A stretch of DNA of 64,000 bases from Raillietiella orientalis (taxonomy: Eukaryota). Shown here piece after piece: positions 24,901-38,324 of this stretch. The notes below the pieces were generated by a model that worked only from the letters and a program-made list of their open reading frames with translations, was not told the DNA's origin and did no database searches. The stretch is from positions 5,022,001 to 5,086,000 of the forward strand of contig JAYWIR010000006.1 of assembly GCA_036172245.1 (NCBI GenBank), given 5' to 3'. Each line of letters starts with the position of its first letter. Positions within the stretch are counted from its first letter, which is position 1. Both the position numbers and the translations under genes were made by a program.

Positions 24901-26115
24901 TGGTAGATTAATTAGAATCTGTGGCTCAAAGGCATCTCCTCGCAGACGGATGGCCTCAGACGTAATTTGCACGCGTCTTCTTTAAGCTAAAACTTCTAAG
25001 GTGAATTTTTATTCTTTTGGTTGCAAAGAAATTTGATTCAGAGCACGTATGAAAATTACCGTAAAATCGAACCTTTCCTTGTGGAAGACGGCAAGGAGAG
25101 GGAGATTATCGAAGAAAGAAAGGTCAGCATCGCTATGTGTGTGTATATGGGGGGGGGGCACGAATTTCACGGAAACTCCGGCGTCAAATTGAGCTCCTGA
25201 AAGCGCAACGCGACCCGTGGTCATCGCAACACAGCCATTGCTCTTTGAGGAGGAGTCGAACTGAAATTGGTTCCTCGGGTTAGTTGGTTCGGATCCACCA
25301 GCAGCAGCGACGGGGAGACAAAAAGAAAAGAAGGAAAGGCAGCATTCGAGGAGGATCTGTTTCGAGGATTTGAAGGATGCCTCCACCTGAAGCTTTCAAA
25401 AGTCCGTTCAAACGGACGGTTTTAGGAAACAAACTCCCCGTTCGTTCACGGCTCACACGTCTGTGGACCGCAGAAATCGAGCCACCGACTCTGTGGCTTG
25501 GGAAGTGGGCATCCTTATCTTTTTCGGCTCAGGGAAGAAGCTGCAAGCGGAAACCCGCAAACGCGGTGTCTTTCGCTGAGTAGGACGGCATGTGCTACGA
25601 GAGCCGGGAAGAGGACCTTCGGCGTTTCCATGGAAACCGCACCTCCGCACTCTGCTCTACGTGCGAGCGTTGAGCGGCATGTCTTTGAAACGTGCCATCG
25701 GGAATCTGCAGCGCAAGCAGCAGCTTGCCGTAGAGATGCCACAGAGATGAAGCCGCCGCTTTTATTCTGCAGCTTCTTGCGAAGGTGCGGTTAACACGCG
25801 GTTGTCGCTTAGCCTCCGTTCCTTTGTGCTGTTTTCTATGTTCATTTTTGTTTTTAGGGGCCGATGGGGGGAGGGACTGTGGCTTGGCTGTGGGGAGGGC
25901 TTCCGCGCGCTGCTCGTTAAACTGGAGGCAGGGGGAAAGGAAGTCATTCGTTGGTGCGTATCGATAAAAAAAAAAAAAAAAAAAAAAAACGGTGTCTTTT
26001 CATGGGTCGAAATCTTTTCCCAAGACCCCACGAAGTTTGCCTTCTTCTTCCCAGCAGCAAAGTTGGTCACAACCGAGCGCATCTTAAATTCGCCGCGCGT
26101 GAACGGGGGATGGAC

Positions 26116-26536
26116 GGATTGGCAGGTTCTCCAGACTCCGGCATGTGTGTGCCACGCTCCCTCCTCGTCCGGGATTCGTGCCACGCGCGATCGCAGTCGG
26201 TCACCGTGCTTTGCGGGGAAGCGGATGATTGGATTCGGCAAAAGTTGAGACGGGGCGGTCCCCCCCCCCCCCCTCTCCCCAAAAAGAGGAAATGAAGTGA
26301 AAGAAGAACGGTGCCGATTACGGGTGGGTCCCGGAGCTGGTCGCCGCCGGACGGCGGGTGCCTCGCGAATCCGCAACCGGGAGGGAGAGGCTGCACCTTC
26401 CTCCACCCGCGGCGGACTCTCCGCGGCGCGCCAGCTGGAACAAACGGGATGAATTGGCTCGCTGCGACCGGAAAAGGATTTCCGCCGCGCGGGATTGGCA
26501 GGTTCTCCAGACTCCGACATGTGTGTGCCACCCTCC
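26116..26536. repeat. 45-bp dispersed direct repeat, 2 copies 376 bp apart
   Basis: GGATTGGCAGGTTCTCCAGACTCCG(G/A)CATGTGTGTGCCAC(G/C)CTCC at 26116-26160 and 26492-26536. Confidence 0.9.
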
Positions 26537-29500
26537 GCAAGCTCGCGTTTTCCGCTGCTGCTGCCCGCCGCGTCCCTTGAGCTCCGAGAGCTCTTTCCTC
26601 CTGAGATCTGTCGGGAATCGTATGGGAACCTCTTCTCTCCAGATGTCGGTAAGTGTGAAAGTGGCCCGCGCCATTCTGTTAGTTATGGGGGAAATGTGGA
26701 GTGCTGAATCGGAAGTCATCAAGTGGGTCCCTGGAGCGAAATTTTTTTTTTTTTTTTTCTTTGCGCACATGGGAAATCATGTTGATCAAAAAAAAAAAAA
26801 AAAAACATCGTGTATGTCTGATGCATGTCACCCGGTCGTCGCATTCCCCCCAGGTAGCGTCCTTTTTTTCAAAAAGTCGGAAGATTCGGGGGAAAAGGAG
26901 GAAGCAGTTCGGCCGCTGCTGCCGGCGTCGCAAGCCAAGAAATTTTCGCCAGCTGGAAGGCCAAGAGAAAAGAAAACCAAACCCGAGCCGCGGTGGGCGT
27001 GGTCTGCTCCACGAGGCAGAGCTCGGGGAACACGACTCGGCGGGTGTGAAGAGGCCGACCATCTGCTGGGGCTCTCTTGGAAGCGTTCGTGGGCGCCATT
27101 TTTCTTCATTGATCGACTGCCCCTCTCCTCCTGCAGTGCGTCTGGATCCGGTCTTGCAGCGACGCCGGGCCCGCGTTCTTCCCGCTCCCGCAGCAGTCGA
27201 TGCCTAGGGAGGGAGGTGGCCGCTGTGGCTCAGTGCTGCCGGCAGTCGGGGAACCAGGGGGCGTGGGTGACCAGGAAACCCTCGATCCGGTGTCCCACGC
27301 GTCGCGCCGTCAGTGAGGCGCGCGCACCCCACCCGCGACAGAGGGTGTGTGCGCTTTTCCTGCCGGCGTGCGAAGGCGATTTCGAATGGGAACAGTTGGG
27401 GGTGCTTGCCTGCTGGCTGTCCTTACCACCACAGGATGCGAGGAGCCGAAGGGAGGCAAAGCTGAGGTCGCAATCCCCCCCCCCTCCCCCTCAAAAATAG
27501 CTCCGATGCGTTGTGTTCAGTGGATGACTGTGGAAAATGTGCTTTCCCGTTGAGATGGCAGTTGTGTTCGGCAAGAGCGCGCCGATCCGTCTTCCGGATT
27601 TCTTGAAATTGATTTTCCGGTACTTTTCCACGAAATAGGTACAAACGTACGTTTCAGATGATCCCAATGCTGCTCATTCGTGGTCATCGGCGCACGCGTA
27701 ATTCCTTCTGCCTGGCTTGCGCCTGCTGCTGCACCCAAGAAAGCATCCAAGAAAGTTGCGTTCCCGATTCGAGTTCGTTTCCCAGATCAGTTTACATCGA
27801 TGGCTTCACACGTTTTTTTTTTTTTTTCGTTGTTGTTGTTTTGAGGGAGGGGGGGGGGGGGGCTCCTTAGCGGCGATTTCGTGCTGCCCCGCGTAATGAA
27901 CGGCTTTTGCCTCATCCTGCTGGGTTCCCGATTCGTAGCATCTTCGTCTGGGAATTGGGAGCGTCCAACGTGGATATCGTTAAACCAAGGGATTTTCCCC
28001 TCCCGTCTGCTTTCCGGAATTGATGGATTTTTAAGTTCGCAGCCTTCCGAACGAAACCTGCAGTCGCGGGCCGAACTGCGCGCTGCTGCGACGGCCGTAT
28101 CTTCCGGGCGTCTTCCTCCCTCGGAACTACGCAGCAGCTGGATCCGACGAGGACAGGAAGGCTGCCCTGCGAAGCACAGGTTGCAAAGGGAGTGCAATGC
28201 AGTGAACATAAGGGAATGTGAATGAGATGCGGTGCATAAACACGTATGTATACACATATTCTTTCGGCGGTGCTCTTTCCTACGTGTTCCTCAACACGCA
28301 GCAGCAGCAGCAGCAGACCCTACTGCTTGCGTGCTGAGCGGTTCGCAGTGAGCTCCAAGCCTGCGTCTGGCTCGAGCAGGCAACCGTTAATCGGCGCCGA
28401 AGAGGGGGGGCATCTCGAAACGCCTGCTGTCCCTGCAGACCACCGCCGAATGTGCGAAGCAACTGGCGAAAGGAAAATGCAAATCGTTCGAGCGGCTCAT
28501 GCAGTTGCAGTGATAAACAGCGACAGCCAAAAAAAAAAAAAAAAGGGGGGGGGGGGAGGAGGGGGACTCGCGAAAGCTCTCCATGTCTACACGGTTTGCC
28601 GAAAGATGCTCCGCCGCCGTTAGCTCACCCGGGATCACCATGGGAACCCTTCCTCGAAAAGAGAGAGACGTTGGTCACCGAAAATGATGATCGATTCTTT
28701 CGCGTCAGGAAGAGCGCGCGCTCTTCCATGTTTCACACATTCGAAGCGCTCTCCGTCTTGAGCGTTTTTTGCGTCGGGAGCTGCTTGCTTTTGAAACCGT
28801 GGTCTGGAAAGTTTCCATCCATTTATTTTCACTCTCCGGATCCACAAAAAAAGAAGGGAAAACGAAAGATGTGCATCGAAATGGAGAACAGGCAGATGCG
28901 ATTCCCCTCCTCCCTCCCCTACTTCCGAACGCAATTACAGCTGTTGGGATGCACCCTTCGTTTTCCTTTCCCATTTTCAGGAAACTGCCCGGTGAAAATT
29001 CCGAAAATTGGCCTTGGCAATGTCTTAGCCACGCTTCGTTGCAGGCAAAACCTTTGATTGCACGAGTAATTATAAATTTCCCGTTCATTTGTTCCGTGCT
29101 GGAAGTTTCCGGTCTGATTTTATGGGTGCGGGACGCCTAATTTATTGAAGGAGCACTCCTAACGTCACTCCGTGGCACGCTCTTCTCCGTTCAGATTTAC
29201 GGTCCTCCTCCACTTGCCTCTCCTCTGCCACGGGAACGCGGCGATGGGGTCGTGGCGGTTCGCGAGATTCCTGCGAATCGTGGATTTAAGGGAATCTGCA
29301 CTTCTCCGTCCGTGGAGTTTCGCCACCTCCGTCCCCCCTGTGAGCGCCGACTCCTCCTCGGATGGCTCCTGGAACGCGTGACGCCGTTTCGAGAGGTGCG
29401 AGCCGCCTCAGGCCAGCAGCTCCGGCCAGTGCCGGGGTCTGCTCGTATTCCCGCTTCCGTCCGACGGCTTGGATCCCAGCGGGATTCCACGTCGAACCAA

Positions 29501-32500
29501 CCCTCGTGCAAATTTCCACACGGCGTTTTGCCATCACGGCAGCCGCGTTCCCGCACCCCCCATCACCCCCTTCCTTTGGATCTCCGATCCTCCCCTCACA
29601 GCCTCACAGCTGTACCACTGCTGTCTTTTCCAGCCCGCGTGGTAATCCCCTCTTTTCCGGCATTCTCAGCTCACTCGAAGGGGAAATTCGTCTCCGCTCC
29701 CCTCGGGCACCTTCCCGTCCAGTGTGACCTTTCCTTCAGCGTGATCAGGACATCCCGTTTGTGCTGCTTCCTGCAGTATTGCCCAGGATTGAATTCAGGA
29801 GTCTGTACAGCAAACGGAATGACCAAGTCTAAACAACACTCCTCCCTCACTTCCATCCCTGTAGAACAGATCGTAGGCCGAGATGCCGATACAGTTTTTC
29901 AAAAGGGAAAAAGAAAAAAAGATGTTCGGAATTTCTTAATGTCGGTGTATTTTTCTTTTCTTTGCAACCGTAATTTCCACAAACCGTATCTCCACATCAT
30001 ATGTTTTTGCTCCCGTCCGATTGCCTTGTTCACTTGCTCCATGCACTGAGCATCGGCAGCGGTTGCGCCGAATTTCCTTGTGTGGCGACGAAGTGTGGCT
30101 CGTGTGTGGCAGATGCGCAGTGGGAAACCTCCGTGAGAAGAACTCCTCCTCCTTGAGGGAGCAGAAAGGGGGAGGGGAGAACGTCGGTTCGACGTGGACA
30201 CGGGAAAAAAGAAAAATGGCTCCGATTATACAGAACGTGGGACTGCGAAATGCCTAATATCTTTCAGAACCAAACGAGGAAAACGAAATTCAGTCAGAAG
30301 TAAAATTCTGCACTCTTGTAATGAAAATCAAATCTCTCGCTTAATCTCCCTTTCCTCTGCAGTGGAGTGAAAACGAACACAAGAGACACAAGAGCATCCG
30401 AAATGAGAATTCTTTGTTTCTTCTTGCCGAAAACGACCCGCGCCTGTTAGCATTTTTTTTCCAAAGATTTCAAGGTTGATTTCGCCTCGGCGTGTTTCCT
30501 GTGCTCTCATCCGCGTTGCCATCCGTCCAGGGTGCGATCGAGTTTGCAGGCAGGGTTGCCAATTTAGCAACTTCCCCCCCTCTAGATTGGAAACCCATCT
30601 AGCGGCTAAAAGTATTTTCTCCTGCTGAGCAGGAATTCTAGAGATTTTTAAATTCCTGGCCGCCCAAGCTTACCGGTTTTTCATAACTACAAAGAAAATT
30701 CTCAATTGTGGATGTTGTGAATGGTCGTACATAGAATTCCGGACGTTTCGTCCACCCCTGTTTCGATCATGGTGTCACATCCATAAACTGTTGCACTTTG
30801 GGACCTCTTGTTAAAACATTTCGGTGTTTAAATTCGGACTCGTCTTCTGCAGCGTCTTTGAGTATTTCATTGCAATTTGCAGACTGTTCTCTTGTCACGT
30901 GTTCCGGTAAAGAGACCGGAAGTGTGGCGCTCTGCTCGCAAACGCATCCAACACGTGCAGCAGCGCAGCTTCATGACGTACATTTCATGTGATCAACAAC
31001 TGATTGTCACTTTGCGTTTCATTGTTGTACTATTGAATCTGAAGATTAAATGACATCAAATGATTTAATAATGACAATAATAAATTCCCAGTACCAGAAT
31101 CTGGAGATTTTTTTTTTTGGGGAAAATCGCGAAGGTTTTCGAGGGCCATCTAGAGAGGGATCCCGTTAAGTTCTGTTGGCAAGCCTGTTTGCAGAGTTTA
31201 TTCCAGTCCTTACTATGCTCGAAAGGTTGGTAGACGTATCAGTTTTGTAACTGGTTCTTTGGAAAACAGTCGTGCTGATTGCTGTTAGCTTTCCTTTTTT
31301 CGCTTCACGGTTTTCCCATCTTGCAAGCTGCACTTCATCTTACTTATGTGGCCTCGTTGAGAGCGTTTTCCACAGTGCCGACGTGTGACCTCGGTTCGAG
31401 TTGTGTATGCGTTGTTTTCCATCCCCACATTATCCCTCGCCGTCAGCGTTCAGTACCGAACTTCACGGAAGGTTTTTTTTTTTTTTATGATTGCAAACCT
31501 CCACTTTTGGTAAGAAAGGAACGATGCGTTCGTTGGATGTGTTGTGGGATTCTGTGCAGCAAGGTAGTGCCCAATTTTTGCAAAAATTAGAATTCAGGAA
31601 TTCTTTGGATGGCAGCTGCATGAGATGGGGAACGTATCTGATGATGGTGTGCAGCATCAGCAACCACTGACACTCTAGGCCCGTAACGCGAATTCGATGC
31701 AGCTCTAGATTCGGGGAGTCTTCATCAATCCGGAAATTCCCAGCCACTTCCGGTTCGGGATTTAGACTCCACAAGAAAGGTTTCCTAAGTGACTCAGGCA
31801 AAAAGACACAGATTCTCTCCATGTGGCATTCCCTGTAATTTCATGTACTTTGCTTGTTTCTTCATCGCAAGCGACAAACAAAGAAAAATGACAAATTGGG
31901 ATTGTGTGAAAGACAAGCTTTTCCTTTTTCTCTAGATGAGAGGAGAGAGAAAGGAGCAGCTTTTCCCTGTGTTTAAGTCTCCCGGAAACAGCAAACGCTT
32001 GTTGCCACGAAAATGTGTTGATGAAGAAGCACTTTGAGAATGCAGCAGATCGTTTAAGGAGCTTTCGTTCTGTTTGCCAGGAGTGTCCAGTTTCGACTGC
32101 TTGGCAGATCGGGAAACCAGAAGCACCGTCTGCTGGTCCAGACATTTCTTGCGCCAAACATTCCTCTTGCAATTCCAATAGGGGCAGCAATTTTTTTTTT
32201 TTTTTTTTTTTTTTATGATACATTGATTAAGTTCTCAGATTCTGAAAGGGCGAACCGAACATGGAAGCACTAGTCTTAGAGATTGTACAGGATTTCCATT
32301 AGCTTGAAGTAACAGGCTTATAGTAGTAAAAGAACAAGTATGTACACTTGGTATTAGGTTCTCATGCGTTCTCTAATTCTTTCCGCTTGGCCCCGTTGAA
32401 TATTTCTCTGGCATTACTTCTCTCCAAAAGAGAATTCGAGTTTTACATCTCCCTAAAGTGAAGTGTACTTATGTTGCATTGAACCTGTCTCCTGTCATCA

Positions 32501-35209
32501 GCAAACACGTGTTCGCATACAATACAAGAATGTACATATTATTATTGAATGCTGTTATGTGTGGCCGTAGGATAAGTAGGGGCACTTCAACACGGACTAC
32601 GAGATTCGTGGCGTGTTTTTTTTTTTTTTTTCTTCAACAAGGAATTTCGTGGTCGATCCATAAGATGCCATAGATACGATCTTAAATGCACGCCTAATAA
32701 AACGATTTCCTTTCCGTGCTTAAACACAAAGTGTGTTTCCAAATTTTTGTTTATCGGGGATAATGGGGCTTGCTTTCCTCGGCGAAAGACCACAAATTGC
32801 TTACCAGCAGCATTCGTCTCATAGAGTCGTGGACACAATGGCCATCGCATATTGATATGCAGTAATGGACTGCTGGAGGTACTGCATCCTCCATGGACTC
32901 TTTGAACGAAAAATATTCGTGGTAACACAGTCAGAAAGAGCATGTAAGCTCTCGAACGCTAAACAGACCTCATCCTCAGGAGACATTTGTCCCGTGGTTT
33001 TTTTTTACTGTCCGCTCTTCTTCAGCGGACGTCATCCCTCGAATCGGCTCCAAGTGAAGGGTGGAAAAATCGACCCTTCGTTTTAGGAAATGTTCCAAGG
33101 ATTGCGTTAAATTATCACAGGATGCAAACGTAAAAGGATACAATTAGTTAATTGCGTTTCGGAAACTCGAGCAGCGAGCTTCCAGAACGGAGAACTGCAC
33201 TTAAAACCTCATGATCTCTCTCTCTGAGAAATGATTCGCGCCCAAACTGAGTTTTCGTGAAACATCTGCAACCAAGCCAGGTGTATTTCAAAGAAACCTG
33301 CAAAAGAGATCTTCTTTCTCTCAAAGTTGCAAAAAAAAAAACAAACAAACAAACAAATGGGAAAAAGCCCTACTTCTGCACAAGTCGCATAAATCGTTGT
33401 GAACTAACCGCCACCACTTGCGTCGAATGCTCCTTTCCTTCTGATCCGCTTTTTTTCTTGAACGGTTACCACTGCATTGGAATCAGCGCGGAACCTCACT
33501 CGACTGAATGTACATTGGGTGGATTCGCTTGTTGTACGTTTAGGCTTCTGGACGGTTGCATCTCCGAGATACCTTCTTCCCCCCCCCCCCCCTCTTTCGA
33601 AACCGTGCAAGCTTTTTTTTCAGATATCTTGTGTTGGTAGGAGCGACATAACCCATAAGAGTGGAATCAACTATTTGTTGCCAGGGCCCTTAACTGGAGA
33701 AGGAGAAAATTGATCTTCGAGCTTTCGTACAAACAGGCGCTGCACCTTGACGACGAATTCCGTGCTTCTTTGCAACAAACCGAAGTAGCAGTTGATGACG
33801 ACTGTTTTAGGTCTTGAAAATGTAGCTGAGTCCAGTCTCGCTCTGTATACATTTCTGTGCCATTATGCAATGCCGTGGTTCACTTTCTGTTCTTTTCTTC
33901 TTCTTCTTCTCTCTCTCTCTCTCCCTCCCCCCCCCCCCCCCCCCCCCCCCGTAGATTTTTGAATTTCCGCGGATTCCTCTTCTTACGAAGATAAATGCTC
34001 TGTCGTGTTATTTCTGTTTACACCTATTCACGAAATGATGCTCCGTTATTTTCCTTTTTATTTTGCACATTTGCTTCTTGTAATGCTTTGCATTCCTTAT
34101 AAAAAAAAAAAAAAAAAAAAAAAAGGAGAAGAAAGGAAATGGTCCCAACACGGTCCGTAGCGTTCGTGGTCTTGCCAGTGGCACGGGTGAGAGCCATGGA
34201 TCCAACGAAGTTGCAGGTCATCAAGCACCTGCGGCGTCTCCTCTGATTTTTGAACGACGCTGGAAGTTGTCGACTTAGTGACGATGTTTTCAGGTGGGAT
34301 TTTAGCAATCGTTCCCAATAATCCGTGAACGTTTCTTTAATTTATTTAATTTTTTTTTTTTTTTTCTACTACCTCGGCTTTTATTTCGGCTGGGGGGAAA
34401 CCACGGTGCCTGCATGCACACGCTTCGGTGTTGCCATCAGATCGGGCTAAAGGGAGGAGGAAATCCTAGAAGTGCCCAGCATTGTTTTTTTTTTTTTTTT
34501 TTTCTTCTTCCCTCCCCCTCCCCCCCTTCTCTCGTCCCCTCTCCTCCTCTCTTCCTTCCTCCTCCTCGTATTGATCACAGTACTCCAGCGGCAGCGGAAT
34601 TCCGGGAGGGACGAAGAGGTAATCGCGCAAGACTCCATGTCGTACAACCGGGGGGGGGAATACGTGCAGTTGTGAATCGGGAAGTTGGTCTTTGTTCTCC
34701 GGTTTTTCGTGGGCCCTCCCCGATCCCCGTTCCTTGGTGGCAACTCGTGGGGGATAGCTGAGGCGTCGCCCGAGGGACCTTGGTAGGTACCGTTTGCATG
34801 TCCTGATCTGGCGATTGCCAGGACGCGTGAAGTGTTTTCAGCACGAAATGGAAATGGGGAGTCGGATCCGAGGGGGAATGAGGGTCGTGGTGTGTGATGG
34901 GGAGGTGGGGGGGGGGGGAAGGCATCGTTTTTGTTTTTTCAATTTCGTCATCCCCCATTGTGCATGCACAGTGACGGTGCGTGAATGATGAAAACATCAA
35001 GGGAAAAGTCGGAGAATCGAAACCTTGGAATGCTAAAAATTCTAATTGTCATGATATGTGTTCCCTTAGCAAAATCTGCAAGCAATACGGAAAGACGTAC
35101 CAAAGCATATATTTTACTACTAGAGATATGAACTGAAGCTTTCTGAAAAGTATTTCTACCGATTTTAAGATTGCAAGTCGACTTAATTTTTTTTTTTATA
35201 AATTTTAAG

Positions 35210-38200
35210 ATGAATTTTTTTTATTATAACGCCACTTTGTGTATTGTATTAATTTATTACCTTGGAAGATTTAAAAGTATTGGTAGTGAAATCAAAATAA
35301 GTGGTAAGTACCAGGGTGTTTAAATTATCCCATGATTAATCCCTGTACCTGAAGATACATTTCGTTTTGCCTTGTTCGAAGGAGAAGATAGTTATTATGC
35401 CAAAGTATATGAAAATGAAACTCTAGTTGATATCACACCAAAAATCAGAGCTGTTGGTAAAGAAACATGTAGCTTCCTACTTACAAACAAGCAGTCTACG
35501 GACATACCATTTGAAGTAAAGAATAGTTTAATAGATATTTGATATATACATACCTCGTGTTCACTTCCCATTAGGTATTATTGAAAAACTCTACAACAGG
35601 CGAAGCAGAAATGCATGCAAAAAGACCATTAGATTGTGAGAAACAGAAAAACTTCAAGTTTTACCTTCAAGCCATAGGGTGTGATGAATCAATCAGTGCA
35701 CCGTAAGATGGGTTGTATTTTGGAGGGAAACATTAAGAAGAATGCAGGGCCATCGTGCAGGTCATTGTGATGGATGTGAATGAATTTCCTCCTGTATTTC
35801 TGCAGTCAGAATACACAGCAGAAGTAGATGAAGGACAGCTGTTTGATGAAATAGTTCATGTTCAGGCAAAAGATCCTGACTGCTCTCCAAAGTATGGAGA
35901 GATCTGCAAATACGAAATCCTGAATGACAATGAGCCCTTCAATGTGAGTGCTGATGGATGCATTTGGAACACAGAAGTTTTGGATCACAGTCATGCTGAT
36001 AAGCATGTGTTATCTGTAGTTGCATATGATTGTGGTATGAAGCGGTCAAATTCAGTTGTGGTGACTATTCATGTGAATCGTGTATGTCATTTGGGTTGGA
36101 AGGGTAAGTGAAATGTTCTGTGACAGTTGGCAGTTATAATGATTGCATGTTTATGAAGCCATCACAGAAACTGTGGACTACCAGCCTTACCAAAGAGCTG
36201 TACCTTTGTTTCCAAATGTGACTCTGGATACTTGTAATGCAAACTGCCATGTTCAGAATGTGACTGTAAAAGTCAGCCTGCAGACTGACTATATTGCAGG
36301 AGGTTGTGACCGTGATACCTACTCAGTTAAGAACCAGCGGCAGTTATGTGGTAAACTGATTTTCATGCTACTGCAAATGTTTTCCATGCTTCTGGTAGAT
36401 CTCAGTCAGGATAGCTATGATTTGACAACACCAGCCAAGTGGCTGAGTAGTTTGTCCAAAGATGGCAGCCAACAAACCAATCCTGTATTTCGATTTGATG
36501 GAGCTAGTAATGGTGTAATAGTACCACCAGATGTGATGCCACATCAGTTTGCTTCCAAGTTTAGCATATCAGTGTGGCTACAGCATTTGACTGCAGCTGA
36601 CACTCATCGCAAGGAGCACATCTTGTGCCTGGCAGATGGTGAAAGTAAGATATTGTAGCCTAGAACCCCAGTAATTGTTTGCTTAGATATGAATCGGCAC
36701 CACATGGCCTTGTTTGTGCGCAATTGTAGATTAATTCTGCTTCTCAGGAGAGAGTTTGAAAGAGCAGATAAAATTTTGGCTCCTGCTGAATGGCGCTGGA
36801 AATTACCCAGTGTGTGTGATGGCCAGTGGCATCATTATGCAGTCAACGTTGATTTACCTCATGTCCAATTATTTGTTGATGGCAATCCGGTCAACAATGA
36901 TCCTCAAGTAATTGATGATTGGCCACTGCGTCAGAGTGACATTACAAATACAACCCTCACAATTGGTGCCTGCTGGCGTGGAGCAGATGATAGGATGGAT
37001 CACTTTCTGCATGGTGCTATGGCAGGCTTATCAGTGCTGCTGGGTGCAACTGAGAGCAGTGCTGTGTTTCACTGTATTCATCGTTGCCAAGAGTATCTGG
37101 AACTGCAGCCTTCAACCCTGCCGGACCCAGGCACAGAAATCCGAAAAGCAGAGCAGCAGCATTTTATCTCATTCCATGGGCAAAACGTCTCCAGTATTGA
37201 GAAGCTTTTGCAATTACTTAACTATGTGAATGAGCACAAGATACCTTCTCCTGGTAGACGCCTCATTCGTCTACTGACATCGGTGGCTTGTAATTATCAT
37301 GGAAGACTTGCTATACCAAAAGTAGAAACATTTGTTGATGTATTGCCAGCTGCTCATGTCAGCATTTCACTGACTGGTACCAGCAACATACATTATGACC
37401 AGCAGTCTCTTCGTGCAGGTGTACTTGTATTTCCCGATGTACACTTTGGGCATAAAAGTCCAGACACACTACCAGAACATCTGGTTGCTTGTCATATTAC
37501 GTTCAATCCTCCTTTGTCTTCAGAAAATGAATTTGTAACTTTGCCAGATGATTTGCTGGCCAATTTATCTTTGCAAGCGCATCTGACTCGCTCAGGCATG
37601 GTACTTACTGATGCCAAAGCAATTAGCATCTATGAACAAGCCTTGCATCAACTGCGGTACACCAATTTGCACCCTACGCCCCATTTAGCTCGTGAATTTG
37701 GTCTGATGTGCACAGATGATGGTGGCAGCATAACTAGCAATGAATTCCACCAGATTGTGACAATGAAGCCTCCATCCTCAAGTCTCCAGGCAAATCAACA
37801 CCATACGCCTGCACCTGCACATTTACTGAAGCATCGTCAAGAAGTGGCTGAGCCAAAGCTACGTCACCGTCCTGCAAAATTGCCAACAGGAAATGGTAAG
37901 GGTAACCACCAACCATGCAAGCAGTGAAAATCTCTCTTTTCTAGATAACACAGTTGTTTTTATTGTAATGCTTAGTGTAGTTTTCCTGCTGGTTTTGGTG
38001 TTGTTGGGAGTAGTACGCCTAAGACAGGCACGGCGTCGAGCTCAACAAGAAGACTTGGCAGACCAGGAGTTAGCTTGGGATGATTCAGCCCTAAATATTA
38101 CAGTAAACCCAATGGAAGTAAGCATGTTATCCTTGGAATTTTCATGATTATGCATCTGCTGCAGAAGTTTCATGAACATGCTACGTATAACACTGAGGAT

Positions 38201-38284
38201 TTTGAAGAAGATTGTGATTCCGAACCATATGAAGGAGATTCTGATGAAGAAGAGGATCTACACCAAGGTCCAGTTCATGCCTAG
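35210..38284 (+). CDS. CLSTN1: Calsyntenin (2 cadherin domains, LamG/LNS, TM, acidic tail), 9 exons
   Basis: Exons 35210-35303, 35355-35515, 35575-35702, 35748-36103, 36159-36350, 36399-36644, 36687-37895, 37945-38117, 38165-38284. Motifs DVNEFPP, DPDCSPKYGEICKY, KEHILCLAD, MNRHHMALFVRNCRL, PAEWRWKL, a TM segment and LAWDDSALNITVNP. Confidence 0.96.
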
Positions 38285-38324
38285 TTCTACTCATTTATAT
38301 ATAGAATATAATAAACCGAGTCTT

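Noticed and set aside
34581..34675. Possible terminal coding exon ending EYVQL*
   Set aside because: No upstream exons or family found; could equally be a calsyntenin 5' UTR exon.
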